From: an uncultured delta proteobacterium
GTDB lineage: Bacteria > Myxococcota > Myxococcia > Myxococcales > Myxococcaceae
Assembly (NCBI GenBank): GCA_963796055.1
Contig: CAWCKH010000004.1
Coordinates: forward strand, 1,888,001 to 1,952,000
Reading direction: 5' to 3'
DNA length: 64,000 bases
The notes beneath the pieces were generated by a model. It saw nothing but the letters and a program-made list of their open reading frames with translations, searched no databases and was not told the origin of the DNA. The position numbers and the translations under genes were made by a program. Each line of letters opens with the position of its first letter. Position 1 is the first letter of the stretch. Positions 1 through 9,339 of the stretch are shown here, one piece after another.

Positions 1-383
1 CTGGCCATCCGACGCATGAACAGGACGTAGATGCCGAAGAAGATGAGGGTGGGCACCACCCACCCGAGCAGCGCCGCCACCCACGGGCTCTCGACGTCCC
101 CGGTGAACTTCACGTGGGCCTTCTCCAGCGCGTCGGCGATGTCCTTGTCCACCCGCAGGGTCCGGAAGTGCGTCTTCCCCTTGTCGATCGGCTCCTTGAG
201 CGTCCCCTCGAGCTGGTTCTCGCCGACCCGCACCTCGGCGACCTTCCCCTGCTCCAGCAGCTGGTGGAACTCGCTGTAGGGGATGACCGCCACCGTCTGG
301 GTGGTGCGCACCCAGTTCTGGATGGCCAGCACCGCCAGCACCGCGATCAGCGCGTAGCCGATGTTGAATCGGGTCTTGTTCAC
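1..383 (-). CDS. ftsH: ATP-dependent zinc metalloprotease FtsH, N-terminal part (runs off window start)
   Basis: Not in ORF track. Manual translation from GTG at 383: MNKTRFNIGYALIAVLAVLAIQNW...IPYSEFHQLLEQGKVAEVRVGENQLEGTLK...FRTLRVD...KFTGDVESPWVAALLGWVVPTLIFFGIYVLFMRRMA, i.e. TM1, FtsH extracellular domain, TM2. GTGA overlap with the terC stop. Confidence 0.85.
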   Translation of the reverse strand, partial: MNKTRFNIGYALIAVLAVLAIQNWVRTTQTVAVIPYSEFHQLLEQGKVAEVRVGENQLEGTLKEPIDKGKTHFRTLRVDKDIADALEKAHVKFTGDVESPWVAALLGWVVPTLIFFGIYVLFMRRMA

Positions 384-1339
384 GACGTCGCCGTCCTTTC
401 CTGAAGCGTCCGCCGCCGCCCGTTGGCCACCAGTGACGCGAGGATCGCGCCGCCGATCAAGATCCCTATCACCGCCAGCGATACGCCCACCGGGATCTTG
501 AAGATGTCCACGATGGCCATCTTGACCCCGACGAAGACCAGCACCAAGGCCAGCCCCAGCTTCAAATAACCGAACTTCTGCACCACGCCAGCCAGGAGGA
601 AGTACAGGGACCGGAGCCCCAGGATGGCGAAGATGTTGGAGGTGAAGACGATGAAGGGGTCCGTGCTCACCGCCAGGACCGCCGGGATCGAGTCCACCGC
701 GAAGATGAGGTCGGTGAACTCCACCGCCAGCAGGGCCAGGAACAGCGGGGTGACCATCCTCCTTCCCTCGACCCGGGTGAAGAAGTGCTCGGTGTCCTGG
801 ATGGGCGACACCGGCAGCACCCGGCGCGCCAGGCGGACCAGCACGTTGTTCTCCGGGTGCCCCTGCTCCCCGCGGGAGAGCAGCATCTTCACCCCGGTGA
901 TCACCAGGAAGACCCCGAAGACGTAGATCGTCCAGTGGAAGCGGGCGATCAGCGCGGTGCCGGCGAGGATGAACGCCGCCCGCATCGCCAGTGCGCCGAG
1001 GATGCCCCAGAACAGCACCCGATGCTGCTGGTGCGCCGGGACGCCGAACGCGCCGAAGAGGATGACCATGACGAAGATGTTGTCGACGCTCAGCGCCTTC
1101 TCCAGCAGGTACCCGGTGGTGAACTCGAGGCCCCGCTGGGCGCCGTAGAAGTGGAAGACGCCCAGGGCGAACAACGCCGACAGCGCGATCCACACCCCGC
1201 TCCACGCCGCCGCCTCGCGCAGCGAGACCACGTGCGCCTTCCGGTGGAACACCCCCAGATCCAGGGCCAGCATCAGGCCCACGAAGGCCAGGAAGCCCAC
1301 CCACAGTGGCCAGCTTCCCAGCGAGACGGCGGACAGCAT
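380..1339 (-). CDS. TerC/Alx family integral membrane protein
   Basis: Motifs EKALSVDNIFV, QHRVLFWGILGALAMRA, DLIFAVDSIPAVLA, FTSNIFAILGLRSLYF. Confidence 0.95.
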   Translation of the reverse strand: MLSAVSLGSWPLWVGFLAFVGLMLALDLGVFHRKAHVVSLREAAAWSGVWIALSALFALGVFHFYGAQRGLEFTTGYLLEKALSVDNIFVMVILFGAFGVPAHQQHRVLFWGILGALAMRAAFILAGTALIARFHWTIYVFGVFLVITGVKMLLSRGEQGHPENNVLVRLARRVLPVSPIQDTEHFFTRVEGRRMVTPLFLALLAVEFTDLIFAVDSIPAVLAVSTDPFIVFTSNIFAILGLRSLYFLLAGVVQKFGYLKLGLALVLVFVGVKMAIVDIFKIPVGVSLAVIGILIGGAILASLVANGRRRTLQERTATS

Positions 1340-1434
1340 CGGACAGGCTCCTCCCGGGCGGTCCCGGCGTTCACCGGGGGGGCAGCCGGTCCGTTCGATG
1401 TGCGGCAGGAAGAACCTTCGGACAACCAGATAAT

Positions 1435-1752
1435 TCAGGTAGGATGTATCGGTTTAGCCGATGGATGGCGAGGATGCCGGGCCCGCTCCCGCTGGCGCCG
1501 GGCGATGAGCCGCCGGAGCGAGGTCCGCATCCCGTGGCGGCGCATGAAGCGCTCCAGGCGCACCAGGGCCCCCCGCGCCCAGCGCACCTCCCGGCTGAGC
1601 ACCAGCAACCCGGTGCCCACCACCAGCCACCCCGGCCCGGGGAGGGGAATCAGGATGAAGCCGGCCACGACCAGCGCCCAGCCACCCACGAGGTTGGCCA
1701 GGCGCCGCAGCCGCGGAGCTCCTGGGTCACCAGCGGGCGTCGAGGGTCGCAT
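1435..1752 (-). CDS. PGPGW-domain small membrane protein
   Basis: Hydrophobic hairpin containing LIPLPGPGWLVV followed by LSREVRWA. Confidence 0.8.
   Translation of the reverse strand: MRPSTPAGDPGAPRLRRLANLVGGWALVVAGFILIPLPGPGWLVVGTGLLVLSREVRWARGALVRLERFMRRHGMRTSLRRLIARRQRERARHPRHPSAKPIHPT
1448..1462. promoter_or_regulatory. Candidate LysR (NhaR-type) binding site ATCGG-N5-CCGAT
   Basis: Perfect dyad with T-N11-A spacing in a locally AT-richer patch about 110 bp upstream of terC; LysR gene nearby. Confidence 0.55.
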
Positions 1753-1892
1753 CACGGGCTCTCACCGGCCAGCCGCCGGCCTGCCCGCCCATCGTGCGGA
1801 GGCGCCGGATGCGCTCGCGCATCGAGGGGTGGGTGGAGGATGCCCGGGAGCAGAACGGTCTGGAGCTGGTTCATGATGAAGGGCCACCGGTG

Positions 1893-2810
1893 ATGGACTG
1901 GCTCAACTACCACCACCTCTTCTACTTCTGGACCGTGGTCCGCGAGGGCGGTGTCTCGAAGGCGAGCAAGGTGCTGCGGCTCGCGCAGCCCACGGTCAGC
2001 GGGCAGATCAAGGCGCTGGAGAACGCCTTCGGCGAGAAGCTGTTCGAGCGCCAGGGCCGCTCCCTGGTGCTGACCGACGTGGGGCAGGTGGTCTTCCGCT
2101 ACGCCGACGAGATCTTCAGTCTCGGGCGCGAGCTGCAGGACACGCTGCGTGGCCGGCCGGTGGCCCGGCCCCGTCGGCTGGTGGTCGGCGTGTCCGACTC
2201 GGTGGAGAAGCGCGTGGCGCACCGGCTGCTCGCGCCGGCGCTCGAGGCCGAGGCGCCGGTGCAGCTGGTGGTCCAGGAGGCCCGGCCCGAGCGGCTGGTG
2301 GCCGAGCTCGCCGCCCACAGCCTCGACCTGGTCCTCTCCGACGCCCCGGCGCCCTCGCCGGTGCGGGCCTACAGCCACCTCCTGGGCGAGTGCGGCGTGG
2401 GACTGTTCGCCCGTCCGGCGCTGGCCCGGAGGCTCGCGCCCGGGTTCCCGAAGTCGATGGACGGCGCCCCGCTGCTGACCGCGGCCGACGGGGCGCCGCT
2501 GCAGCGCTCTCTGTCCCACTGGTTCGACTCCCGGGGGATCCGTCCACGGGTGGTGGGCGAGTTCCAGGACAGCGCGCTGATGGAATCGTTCGGCGAGGCG
2601 GGCGCCGGCGTCTTCCCCGCGCCCGAGGCGGTGGAGGCCGAGGTGCGTGCCGCGTTCGGGGTGGAGCGGGTGGGAACGCTCGATGGCGTGCGCGAGCGCT
2701 ACTGGGCGCTGACGGTGGAGCGGAAGCTGAAGCATCCGGCGGTGGTCGCCATCACCGAGACGGCGCGCGCCGAGCTGTTCGGGCGTCCACCGTCCCGCAC
2801 TGCCAGCTGA
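1893..2810 (+). CDS. nhaR: LysR-family transcriptional activator, NhaR-like
   Basis: MDWLNYHHLFYFWTVVREGGVSKA...LAQPTVSGQIKALE HTH; C-terminal ERKLKHPAVVAI typical of NhaR; start reassigned to ATG 1893. Confidence 0.9.
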   Translation: MDWLNYHHLFYFWTVVREGGVSKASKVLRLAQPTVSGQIKALENAFGEKLFERQGRSLVLTDVGQVVFRYADEIFSLGRELQDTLRGRPVARPRRLVVGVSDSVEKRVAHRLLAPALEAEAPVQLVVQEARPERLVAELAAHSLDLVLSDAPAPSPVRAYSHLLGECGVGLFARPALARRLAPGFPKSMDGAPLLTAADGAPLQRSLSHWFDSRGIRPRVVGEFQDSALMESFGEAGAGVFPAPEAVEAEVRAAFGVERVGTLDGVRERYWALTVERKLKHPAVVAITETARAELFGRPPSRTAS

Positions 2811-2819
2811 TACCCGGGG

Positions 2820-4046
2820 TCAGCGACGGGAGCGTGCCCCGATGGCGTCGGTCATCAGGAGCCCGAAGACGATGCCCGCGGCGGTGAGGACCATCTGCAG
2901 CCCGGTCTCGATGCTCGTCGCCACGTCCCGGTCCACCAGCTCGAGCAAGCTCCGGTAGCCCACGCTTCCCGGCACCAGCACCAGCACGCCGGGGATGGTG
3001 ACCAGCCACACCGGCCGGCTACGGAACCAGGCGTTGAGGTGCGCAGCGATGCCGATCACCACCGCGCCCACGAAGGCCCCCAGCGCCGGGCCGAGGTTGC
3101 GGGAGACCGCGTGGCTCACCGCCGCCGCGAGCAGGGCCGAGCCCACCACCGTGGGCGCCTCGCGCCGGGGCGCGCGAAGCACCACCACCACTGCCAGCCC
3201 GAGCGCGGCCGCCCCGACGAGGAACGACCACGCGGGGAGCTCGACCGGCGGGACCCGCGCCGGGCCGAAGGCGCGCGCCCCGAGCGAACCGCCGAGCAGG
3301 GCGCCGATGACCAGCGCCAGGAAGCTCACCCCCGCCGCGCCGATCCCCGCCAGGCCGGAGAGGAGATTCCGGGTCTGCAGCTCGCGGACCGCCTGGGTCA
3401 GGGTGAAGCCGGGGAGGAGGATGATGATGGCCCCCAGCGTGGCCACGCGCGGATCCAGTGGCCAGATCCGTGCGGACGCGGTCTGGGCGATGAATCCGGC
3501 GAGGAACGCCGAGACCAGCTCGGCGGCGAGGTCCAGCTCGCGGATCCGGCTGCGCGCCACGGCGATGGCCCCCACTGCGAGCCCGGCCACTGCCGCGGTG
3601 AGCGCCTCGGGGGCGTCCTCCTCGAAGAGCAGCACCGCCCCCGCGGCGGCGAGGCAGTAGGCGAAGAGGACGAGCGGCGCCCGGTAGGGAGGCTGGGAGC
3701 GGGCGATGGCGTCGATCCGGACGCTCGCCTCGCGCGGGCCGATGCGCCCCGTCTTCACCTCGCGGGCCACGGCGTCGAGCCGGACGATGCGGTCCAGGTC
3801 CACGGGCATCGGCGTGACCCGGAGCAGCACCAGCCGTTGCTGGCCCGGGATGCCGATGGCGAGCTGGAGCTGGGTGGGGAGGCTCGACACCTGGACGTCG
3901 GCCATCCCCAGCTGCGCCGCGAGCTCGCTCACCAGCCGCTCGGTATCCTCGGCGCCGTATCCGCAGGCCTGCGCGCCGCGTGCGGCGGAGAGCAGGAGCG
4001 CCAGGGCCGAGTCGGCGTCCTCGGCCACCGGAGAGGCGGCGAGCAC
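2820..4046 (-). CDS. ThrE-family (threonine/serine exporter) membrane protein
   Basis: C-terminal half of ORF 2820..5006; IIILLPGFTLTQAVREL and PGVLVLVPGSVGYR motifs, many TM helices; GTG 2 nt after the moaA stop. Confidence 0.85.
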   Translation of the reverse strand: MLAASPVAEDADSALALLLSAARGAQACGYGAEDTERLVSELAAQLGMADVQVSSLPTQLQLAIGIPGQQRLVLLRVTPMPVDLDRIVRLDAVAREVKTGRIGPREASVRIDAIARSQPPYRAPLVLFAYCLAAAGAVLLFEEDAPEALTAAVAGLAVGAIAVARSRIRELDLAAELVSAFLAGFIAQTASARIWPLDPRVATLGAIIILLPGFTLTQAVRELQTRNLLSGLAGIGAAGVSFLALVIGALLGGSLGARAFGPARVPPVELPAWSFLVGAAALGLAVVVVLRAPRREAPTVVGSALLAAAVSHAVSRNLGPALGAFVGAVVIGIAAHLNAWFRSRPVWLVTIPGVLVLVPGSVGYRSLLELVDRDVATSIETGLQMVLTAAGIVFGLLMTDAIGARSRR

Positions 4047-4048
4047 CC

Positions 4049-5116
4049 CTATCCCCCGCGGGTGTGCATCTCGAGCCGCGGGTCCTGCCGGAGCTCGGGG
4101 GCAGCGGCGAGCGCGCCCCGCTGCTCGACTGCCAGGCGCTCCTCGGCCCCGCGGTCGGTGCGGGCGCGCCATCCGACCCTGAGGAGGGAGGCGATCTCCG
4201 CGTCGCTGGCCCCGCTGCGGAGCGCCGCCCGGAGGTTGGCGCCCGAGCGGGCGTAGAGGCAGGTGTACCAGGTGCCGTCGGCGGTGAGCCGGCTGCGGTC
4301 GCAGGAACGGCAGAAGGGGGTGGTGGTGGAGGCGATGATCCCGAACACCGTGCCATCGCCGAGGCGGAAGCGCTCTGCCGGGTCCGAGCCCTGCGCACCC
4401 ACCGGCTCGACCGGGCCCTGCCCCGCGGCGATCAGGGCCAGGAGCTCCGCCCGGGACACCACCTGCTCGCGGGTCCACCGCGTCGCGCCGCCCACGTCCA
4501 TGTACTCGATGAAGCGGATCTCGGCCCCGATGCTCCGGGCGAAAGCCAGCAGATCCAGCACCTCGTCGTCGTTCGTGCCCCGCACCACCACGGTGTCGAG
4601 CTTGAGCGGGAAGCCCTCGGCCCGTGCCGCCTCGATGCCGGCCAGCACCCGGGCGTGGAGGTGGGCGCGGGTCAGGGCCTGGAAGCGCTCGGGGCGGAGC
4701 GTGTCCAGGCTGACCGTGAGCCGCCGGAGGCCGGCCTCCCGGAGCTCGCGCGCGCGCTCGGCGAGCAGCACGCCGTTGGTGGTCATCGCCAGGTCCAGGA
4801 TGCCGGGGCGTGCGGCGAGCTCGCGGACCAGGGTGGTGATCTCCGAGCGGAGCAGCGGCTCGCCCCCGGTCAGCCGCACCTTGTCCACCCCCAGGGTGCA
4901 GAAGATGCCGGTGATCCGGTCCAGCTCCTCGAAGGTCAACAGCTCCTTCTTCGGGAGCCAGACGTAATCCGGCTCGGGCATGCAGTAGGCGCACCGGAGG
5001 TTGCACCGGTCGGTGACGCTCAGCCGCAGGCTCCTGAGCGGGCGGCCCAGTGCGTCGCGGAGGCGGTCGGTCGAGGTCGTGGGTCCGGCAGCAGTCACGG
5101 CAGGAACGTCAGGCAT
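4049..5116 (-). CDS. moaA: GTP 3',8-cyclase (molybdenum cofactor biosynthesis)
   Basis: LRLSVTDRCNLRCAYCMP radical-SAM motif, RLTGGEPLLR, FCRSCDRSRLTADG, C-terminal GG. Confidence 0.95.
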   Translation of the reverse strand: MPDVPAVTAAGPTTSTDRLRDALGRPLRSLRLSVTDRCNLRCAYCMPEPDYVWLPKKELLTFEELDRITGIFCTLGVDKVRLTGGEPLLRSEITTLVRELAARPGILDLAMTTNGVLLAERARELREAGLRRLTVSLDTLRPERFQALTRAHLHARVLAGIEAARAEGFPLKLDTVVVRGTNDDEVLDLLAFARSIGAEIRFIEYMDVGGATRWTREQVVSRAELLALIAAGQGPVEPVGAQGSDPAERFRLGDGTVFGIIASTTTPFCRSCDRSRLTADGTWYTCLYARSGANLRAALRSGASDAEIASLLRVGWRARTDRGAEERLAVEQRGALAAAPELRQDPRLEMHTRGG

Positions 5117-5164
5117 AAGCCAGGAGCGCCGCCCGCGCCAGGGTACGCTCCCGGGGCACCCTGA

Positions 5165-6178
5165 TCACATGGTGAGGACGACCCGGAACTCCGCTTTCCC
5201 GCTCATCATGCGCGCGTACGCCTCGGTGGCCTTCTCCAGCGGGTACTTTTCGATCATCGGACGGACGCCGGTCATTTCAGCGAAGCACAAGGTGTCCTCC
5301 GAGTCGGTCGGGATGCCCGAATACCACCCCTGGATGCGCTTCCTGCCGAAGACCAATTGCGCGGAAGACACCTCGATCGGGTCTGCCGGGACTCCCACCA
5401 CCACGAGAGTGCCGTTTGCTCCCAACCCGCCAACCACTGACGACATCGCCTTTCCGCTCGGCGCGGTCGCAAGAATCACTCGCGCGCCGCCGAGCTTCTG
5501 CAGCTCGCCTGCGGGATCTGTTTCAGCACTGTCGATATAGAGATCTGCTCCAAGCTTTCTCGCGAGCGCAGCGTTGCCAGGTCCACGGCCGATTGCCGCG
5601 ACGCGATACCCGAATTTCTTCGCGAACTGCACTCCCAGGTGTCCGAGCCCTCCAATTCCCTGGACGGCGACGAGCTCGCTCGGCATCGCACCGCTGTGCC
5701 GGAGCGCATTGAACGTCGTGATTCCGGCGCACATCAGCGGCGCGGCTTCGGCGGCGTCCAGCGACCCGGGCATCCGGGCCAGAGCTTCCACCGGTGCGAC
5801 CATGAATTGCTGATAACCACCGTCATAGGTGATTCCGCAGACGATGCTGCTCACGCAATTGGCGAAATCGCCTCGTCTGCACTGAGGGCACGTTCCGTCC
5901 TGGCCACCATGCCAGCCAACACCAACCCGGTCTCCTTTCGCCCAGCCCGTCACCCCTCCTCCGAGCGCATCGATCACGCCCGCGACTTCGTGTCCGGGCA
6001 CGCGCGGATAGGAGATTCCTGGAACGAGGCCTTCCTTGGTGACCACGTCGCTGTGGCAGACGCCACAGGCTTGAACGCGAATCCGCACCTGCCCCGTCTG
6101 GGGCTCCGGGATTTCACGATCGACCACCTCGAAGTTCGCCCCCGGCTTAGGTACCTGCACCGCCTTCATTCTCGCCAT
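5165..6178 (-). CDS. Zinc-dependent alcohol dehydrogenase (AdhP/CAD-like)
   Basis: CGVCHSD, PGHEVAG, CAGITTFNAL, GIGGLGH. Confidence 0.92.
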   Translation of the reverse strand: MARMKAVQVPKPGANFEVVDREIPEPQTGQVRIRVQACGVCHSDVVTKEGLVPGISYPRVPGHEVAGVIDALGGGVTGWAKGDRVGVGWHGGQDGTCPQCRRGDFANCVSSIVCGITYDGGYQQFMVAPVEALARMPGSLDAAEAAPLMCAGITTFNALRHSGAMPSELVAVQGIGGLGHLGVQFAKKFGYRVAAIGRGPGNAALARKLGADLYIDSAETDPAGELQKLGGARVILATAPSGKAMSSVVGGLGANGTLVVVGVPADPIEVSSAQLVFGRKRIQGWYSGIPTDSEDTLCFAEMTGVRPMIEKYPLEKATEAYARMMSGKAEFRVVLTM

Positions 6179-6270
6179 GGTCGCTTCCCTCTTCAGACAG
6201 GCCCACGAGACTGCCTAGCGCGCTGGTTGGCAGCCGATGCCAGTCGTGCGCGGGGCAGGTACGCCGGCGT

Positions 6271-6843
6271 TCAGTAAGCGACGAGGGACGGCGACATCTC
6301 CGCTGGCTCACCGCGAGCGCGCGCCGCGGCGAGGTCCTCGAGCAGGGTTCCCCCGTCGCCAGGGGTGGGCCTGGAGAAGACGATCGCCCGGTACTCGCCC
6401 GGGGTGTCGACCGGCACCGCGAGAGTGACGCCCTGCGCGCCGCGGGTGCACGCCGGCGAACCGGGACAGCGGTGCACCACTCCCAGCGCGTTCCGGTACA
6501 CCCGCAGCTCGGCGCCCTCGAAGCGCAGGCGCCACAGGGTGTGAACCGGCGCGCTCCCGTCCGGCCGGAGGGTGCCCTCCACCGCCGCGGTGACCCGGAC
6601 CGGGAGGGGCCGGTCCGGGGCATGCCGCGTGGCGACCAGCGCTCCCACGGCGGCGACCACCGCGGCCAGGGCCAAGGCTCCCAGGCGACGGTTGCGCTGG
6701 CTGTGCTGGATGCGGACCCAGACCCCGCTCTCCCAGCCGGGCGTGGGGGTGTTGCGCCGCCGGTCCTGCGGGCCGTGTCCGGAGAGATGGGCCACCGCCT
6801 CGCGAGGCGACGGTGCTTCCGGTGCGACCACCCCCGCCGTCAC
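6271..6843 (-). CDS. Hypothetical single-TM protein (anti-sigma-like architecture); start uncertain
   Basis: [11 protein letters not shown], basic patch, one TM helix, then a predicted extracytoplasmic beta-rich domain with a C-x4-C pair. Confidence 0.55.
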   Translation of the reverse strand: MTAGVVAPEAPSPREAVAHLSGHGPQDRRRNTPTPGWESGVWVRIQHSQRNRRLGALALAAVVAAVGALVATRHAPDRPLPVRVTAAVEGTLRPDGSAPVHTLWRLRFEGAELRVYRNALGVVHRCPGSPACTRGAQGVTLAVPVDTPGEYRAIVFSRPTPGDGGTLLEDLAAARARGEPAEMSPSLVAY

Positions 6844-6961
6844 GGTGTGGTGTCGGGCAGCGGACCGTCGTCTTCAGGTTGGCCCGGGACGTCGCCGGCT
6901 CCAATCGGCGGCCATCCCGGAGGGCGCGCGCAGCCCCGCGACTCTGCGCAGCGTCCGGGGG

Positions 6962-7009
6962 GCGACCGGCCGCCCTAGAGATCTCGGGCGGCCGGTCGCG
7001 CCGTTTTTT
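6962..7009 (+). terminator. Intrinsic terminator-like hairpin
   Basis: 14-bp perfect stem GCGACCGGCCGCCC / GGGCGGCCGGTCGC, 10-nt loop, followed by GCCGTTTTTT. Confidence 0.6.
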
Positions 7010-7048
7010 CGCTGCACGCCGCCGTCGGCACGGACATTGTGCCCGGTC

Positions 7049-8065
7049 ATGGAACAGCGACCGCTGGGGAAGTCTGGGCTGAACGTCTCCCGCATGGGCC
7101 TCGGCTGCATGGGGATGTCGGAGTTCTACGGACCGGCTGACGAGACCGAGTCCCGCGCCACCCTGGAGCTGGCAGTGGATCGAGGCGTCAGCTTCGTCGA
7201 CACCGCCGACTTCTACGGCGCGGGCAAGAACGAGGAGCTGCTCTCGGACATCCTGCGTCGGAGGCGGCAGGAGATCGTCCTCGCCACCAAGTTCGGGATC
7301 GTCCGGGATCCGGCCGCGCCGAACGACGCCACGCGCCGGAAGCTCAACGGCAAGCCGGACTACGTCCGGAGCGCCTGCGAGGCGAGCCTGCGCCGGCTGA
7401 AGGTCGAGGTGATCGACCTCTACTACCTGCACCGGGTGGACCCCTCGACGCCCATCGAGGAGACGGTGGGGGCCATGGCCCAGCTGGTGAAGGAGGGGAA
7501 GGTCCGGGCGCTGGGGCTGTCCGAGGCGCCGGCGGACGTCATCCGGCGTGCGGCCGCGGTGCACCCCATCGCCGCCCTGCAGAGCGAGTACTCGCTGTGG
7601 ACCCGCGACCCCGAGGACGGACCACTCCAGGCCTGCCGCGCGCTCGGCATCACCCTGGTGCCTTACAGCCCGCTGGGCCGCGGCTTCCTCACCGGGCAGA
7701 TCCGCACTCCTGCGGACTTCGGCGAGGACGACTTCCGGCGGAACAGCCCGCGCTTCCAGGGCGAGAACTTCGAGAAGAACCTGACCCTGGTGGAGAAGGT
7801 GGGCGCGCTGGCGCGGCAGAAGGGCTGCACGCCCGGACAGCTCGCGCTGGCGTGGGTGATGGCCCAGGGCGACGACGTGGTGCCGATTCCGGGGACCAAG
7901 CGGCGCAAGTACCTCGAGGAGAACCTGGGCGCGCTCGAGGTCCGGCTCACCGCGGGGGACCTGTCTGGCATCGAGGCGGTGTTCCCCAGGAGCGCCGTGT
8001 CGGGTGGCCGGTACGCCCCGGGCACGGTGGGTACTCAGCCCCTGGCGCAGCCACGGCCAACCTGA
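7049..8065 (+). CDS. Aldo/keto reductase (AKR13-like)
   Basis: [47 protein letters not shown] 7049. Confidence 0.95.
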   Translation: MEQRPLGKSGLNVSRMGLGCMGMSEFYGPADETESRATLELAVDRGVSFVDTADFYGAGKNEELLSDILRRRRQEIVLATKFGIVRDPAAPNDATRRKLNGKPDYVRSACEASLRRLKVEVIDLYYLHRVDPSTPIEETVGAMAQLVKEGKVRALGLSEAPADVIRRAAAVHPIAALQSEYSLWTRDPEDGPLQACRALGITLVPYSPLGRGFLTGQIRTPADFGEDDFRRNSPRFQGENFEKNLTLVEKVGALARQKGCTPGQLALAWVMAQGDDVVPIPGTKRRKYLEENLGALEVRLTAGDLSGIEAVFPRSAVSGGRYAPGTVGTQPLAQPRPT

Positions 8066-8143
8066 GGCAGCTGCCAGCCATGCCTTGACCGCGCGGCCCC
8101 GGTGGCGTCGAGTTCGCGCTTCCGAGACACAGAGGAGGGTGCC

Positions 8144-8524
8144 GTGCTCGCCGATGCTCCGATGACGACGATTCTCCCGGTGGTGGATCTGGCCCGCGCC
8201 CGCGCGTTCTACGAGCAGAAGCTGGGGCTGAGCCGCGGCCGGGCCAAGCCCGATGGGAAGTACGAATACCCGGTGGGAAGCGGCGCGCTGGCGCTCTTCC
8301 AGCGCGGTGCCCCCACCCGGGCGGACCACACCGCGGTGAGCTTCGCGGTGCGCGACATCGGCGCGGCCATTCGCGAGCTCGAGTCCCGCGGGGTGGTGTT
8401 CCACGACTACGACCTGCCCGGTCTGAAGACGGTGGAGCACGTGTGCGTGCTCGGCTCGGAGAAGGCGGCGTGGTTCAGCGATCCCGAGGGCAACATCCTC
8501 TGCCTGCACGAGGACCTGGCCTGA
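8144..8524 (+). CDS. VOC/glyoxalase family protein
   Basis: [35 protein letters not shown] before GTG 8144. Confidence 0.88.
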   Translation: MLADAPMTTILPVVDLARARAFYEQKLGLSRGRAKPDGKYEYPVGSGALALFQRGAPTRADHTAVSFAVRDIGAAIRELESRGVVFHDYDLPGLKTVEHVCVLGSEKAAWFSDPEGNILCLHEDLA

Positions 8525-9316
8525 ATGTCCGACGAGAACTGGGTGCTGACCACCCCGGCGCCTCCCGGCGTCCGTGAGGCGTACGGGCTGGCGCCCTCCC
8601 AGCACCTCTGGATCCGCCGGCCGCCGGGGAGCGGGCGGCTCCGGACCCTGGTGATGATCCACGGCGGATACTGGCGCGCGGCCTACGACGCAGCGCACGT
8701 GGGTCATCTCTGCGCCGACCTGGCGCGGCGCGGCTGGGCGACGGTGGCGCTCGAGTACCGCCGCATCGGGGAGCCGGGCGGAGCCTGGCCGGGGACGCTG
8801 GCCGACGTGAGCGCGGCCCTCGAGGCGCTGCCCGGGCTGGCCTCGAAGCATGGCCTGGATCCCGCCCGCTCCGTGTGGATGGGCCACTCCGCGGGCGGGC
8901 ACCTGGCGCTCTGGGCGGTGACGCGATCCAGCGCGCCCGGGTCGCTGAAGCGGCCGTCGTGGCGTCCGCGGCGGGTGGTCGGGCTCGCGCCGGTGTCGGA
9001 CCTGGTCGAGGCGGACACGCTGGCGCTGAGCGGGCACGTGACCCTCGAGCTGCTCGGTGGCACTGCCCGCGAGCAGCCCGCCCGCTACGCCGACGGCTCG
9101 CCCGCGGCGCACCTTCCGCTCGGGGTGCCGGTGGTGGTCGTCCACGGGACCAAGGACAACGTGGTCCCCCTGGCGATGAACCGGAGCTTCGTCGAGCGGG
9201 CGCGGAAGGCCGGGGACGACATCCGGCTGGTGATGCCGGAAGATGCGGACCACTTCGACGTCATCGACCCCACCTCGAAGGCGTGGGGGCAGGTGCTCGA
9301 GGCGCTCGGCCCCTAG
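8525..9316 (+). CDS. Alpha/beta hydrolase (HSL-like; candidate arylformamidase)
   Basis: HGGYW oxyanion motif, GHSAGG nucleophile, HGTKD and DHF triad residues. Confidence 0.85.
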   Translation: MSDENWVLTTPAPPGVREAYGLAPSQHLWIRRPPGSGRLRTLVMIHGGYWRAAYDAAHVGHLCADLARRGWATVALEYRRIGEPGGAWPGTLADVSAALEALPGLASKHGLDPARSVWMGHSAGGHLALWAVTRSSAPGSLKRPSWRPRRVVGLAPVSDLVEADTLALSGHVTLELLGGTAREQPARYADGSPAAHLPLGVPVVVVHGTKDNVVPLAMNRSFVERARKAGDDIRLVMPEDADHFDVIDPTSKAWGQVLEALGP

Positions 9317-9339
9317 CAAACCGTCGAAGAGGAAAGCCC

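Noticed and set aside
1340..1434. yybP-ykoY Mn riboswitch upstream of terC
   Set aside because: Conserved riboswitch elements not recognisable by eye; an Rfam scan would settle it
1752..1874. 40-aa minus-strand ORF MNQLQTVLL... upstream of the PGPGW gene
   Set aside because: Tail of the antisense frame of nhaR occupying the presumed promoter gap; no motif or RBS support
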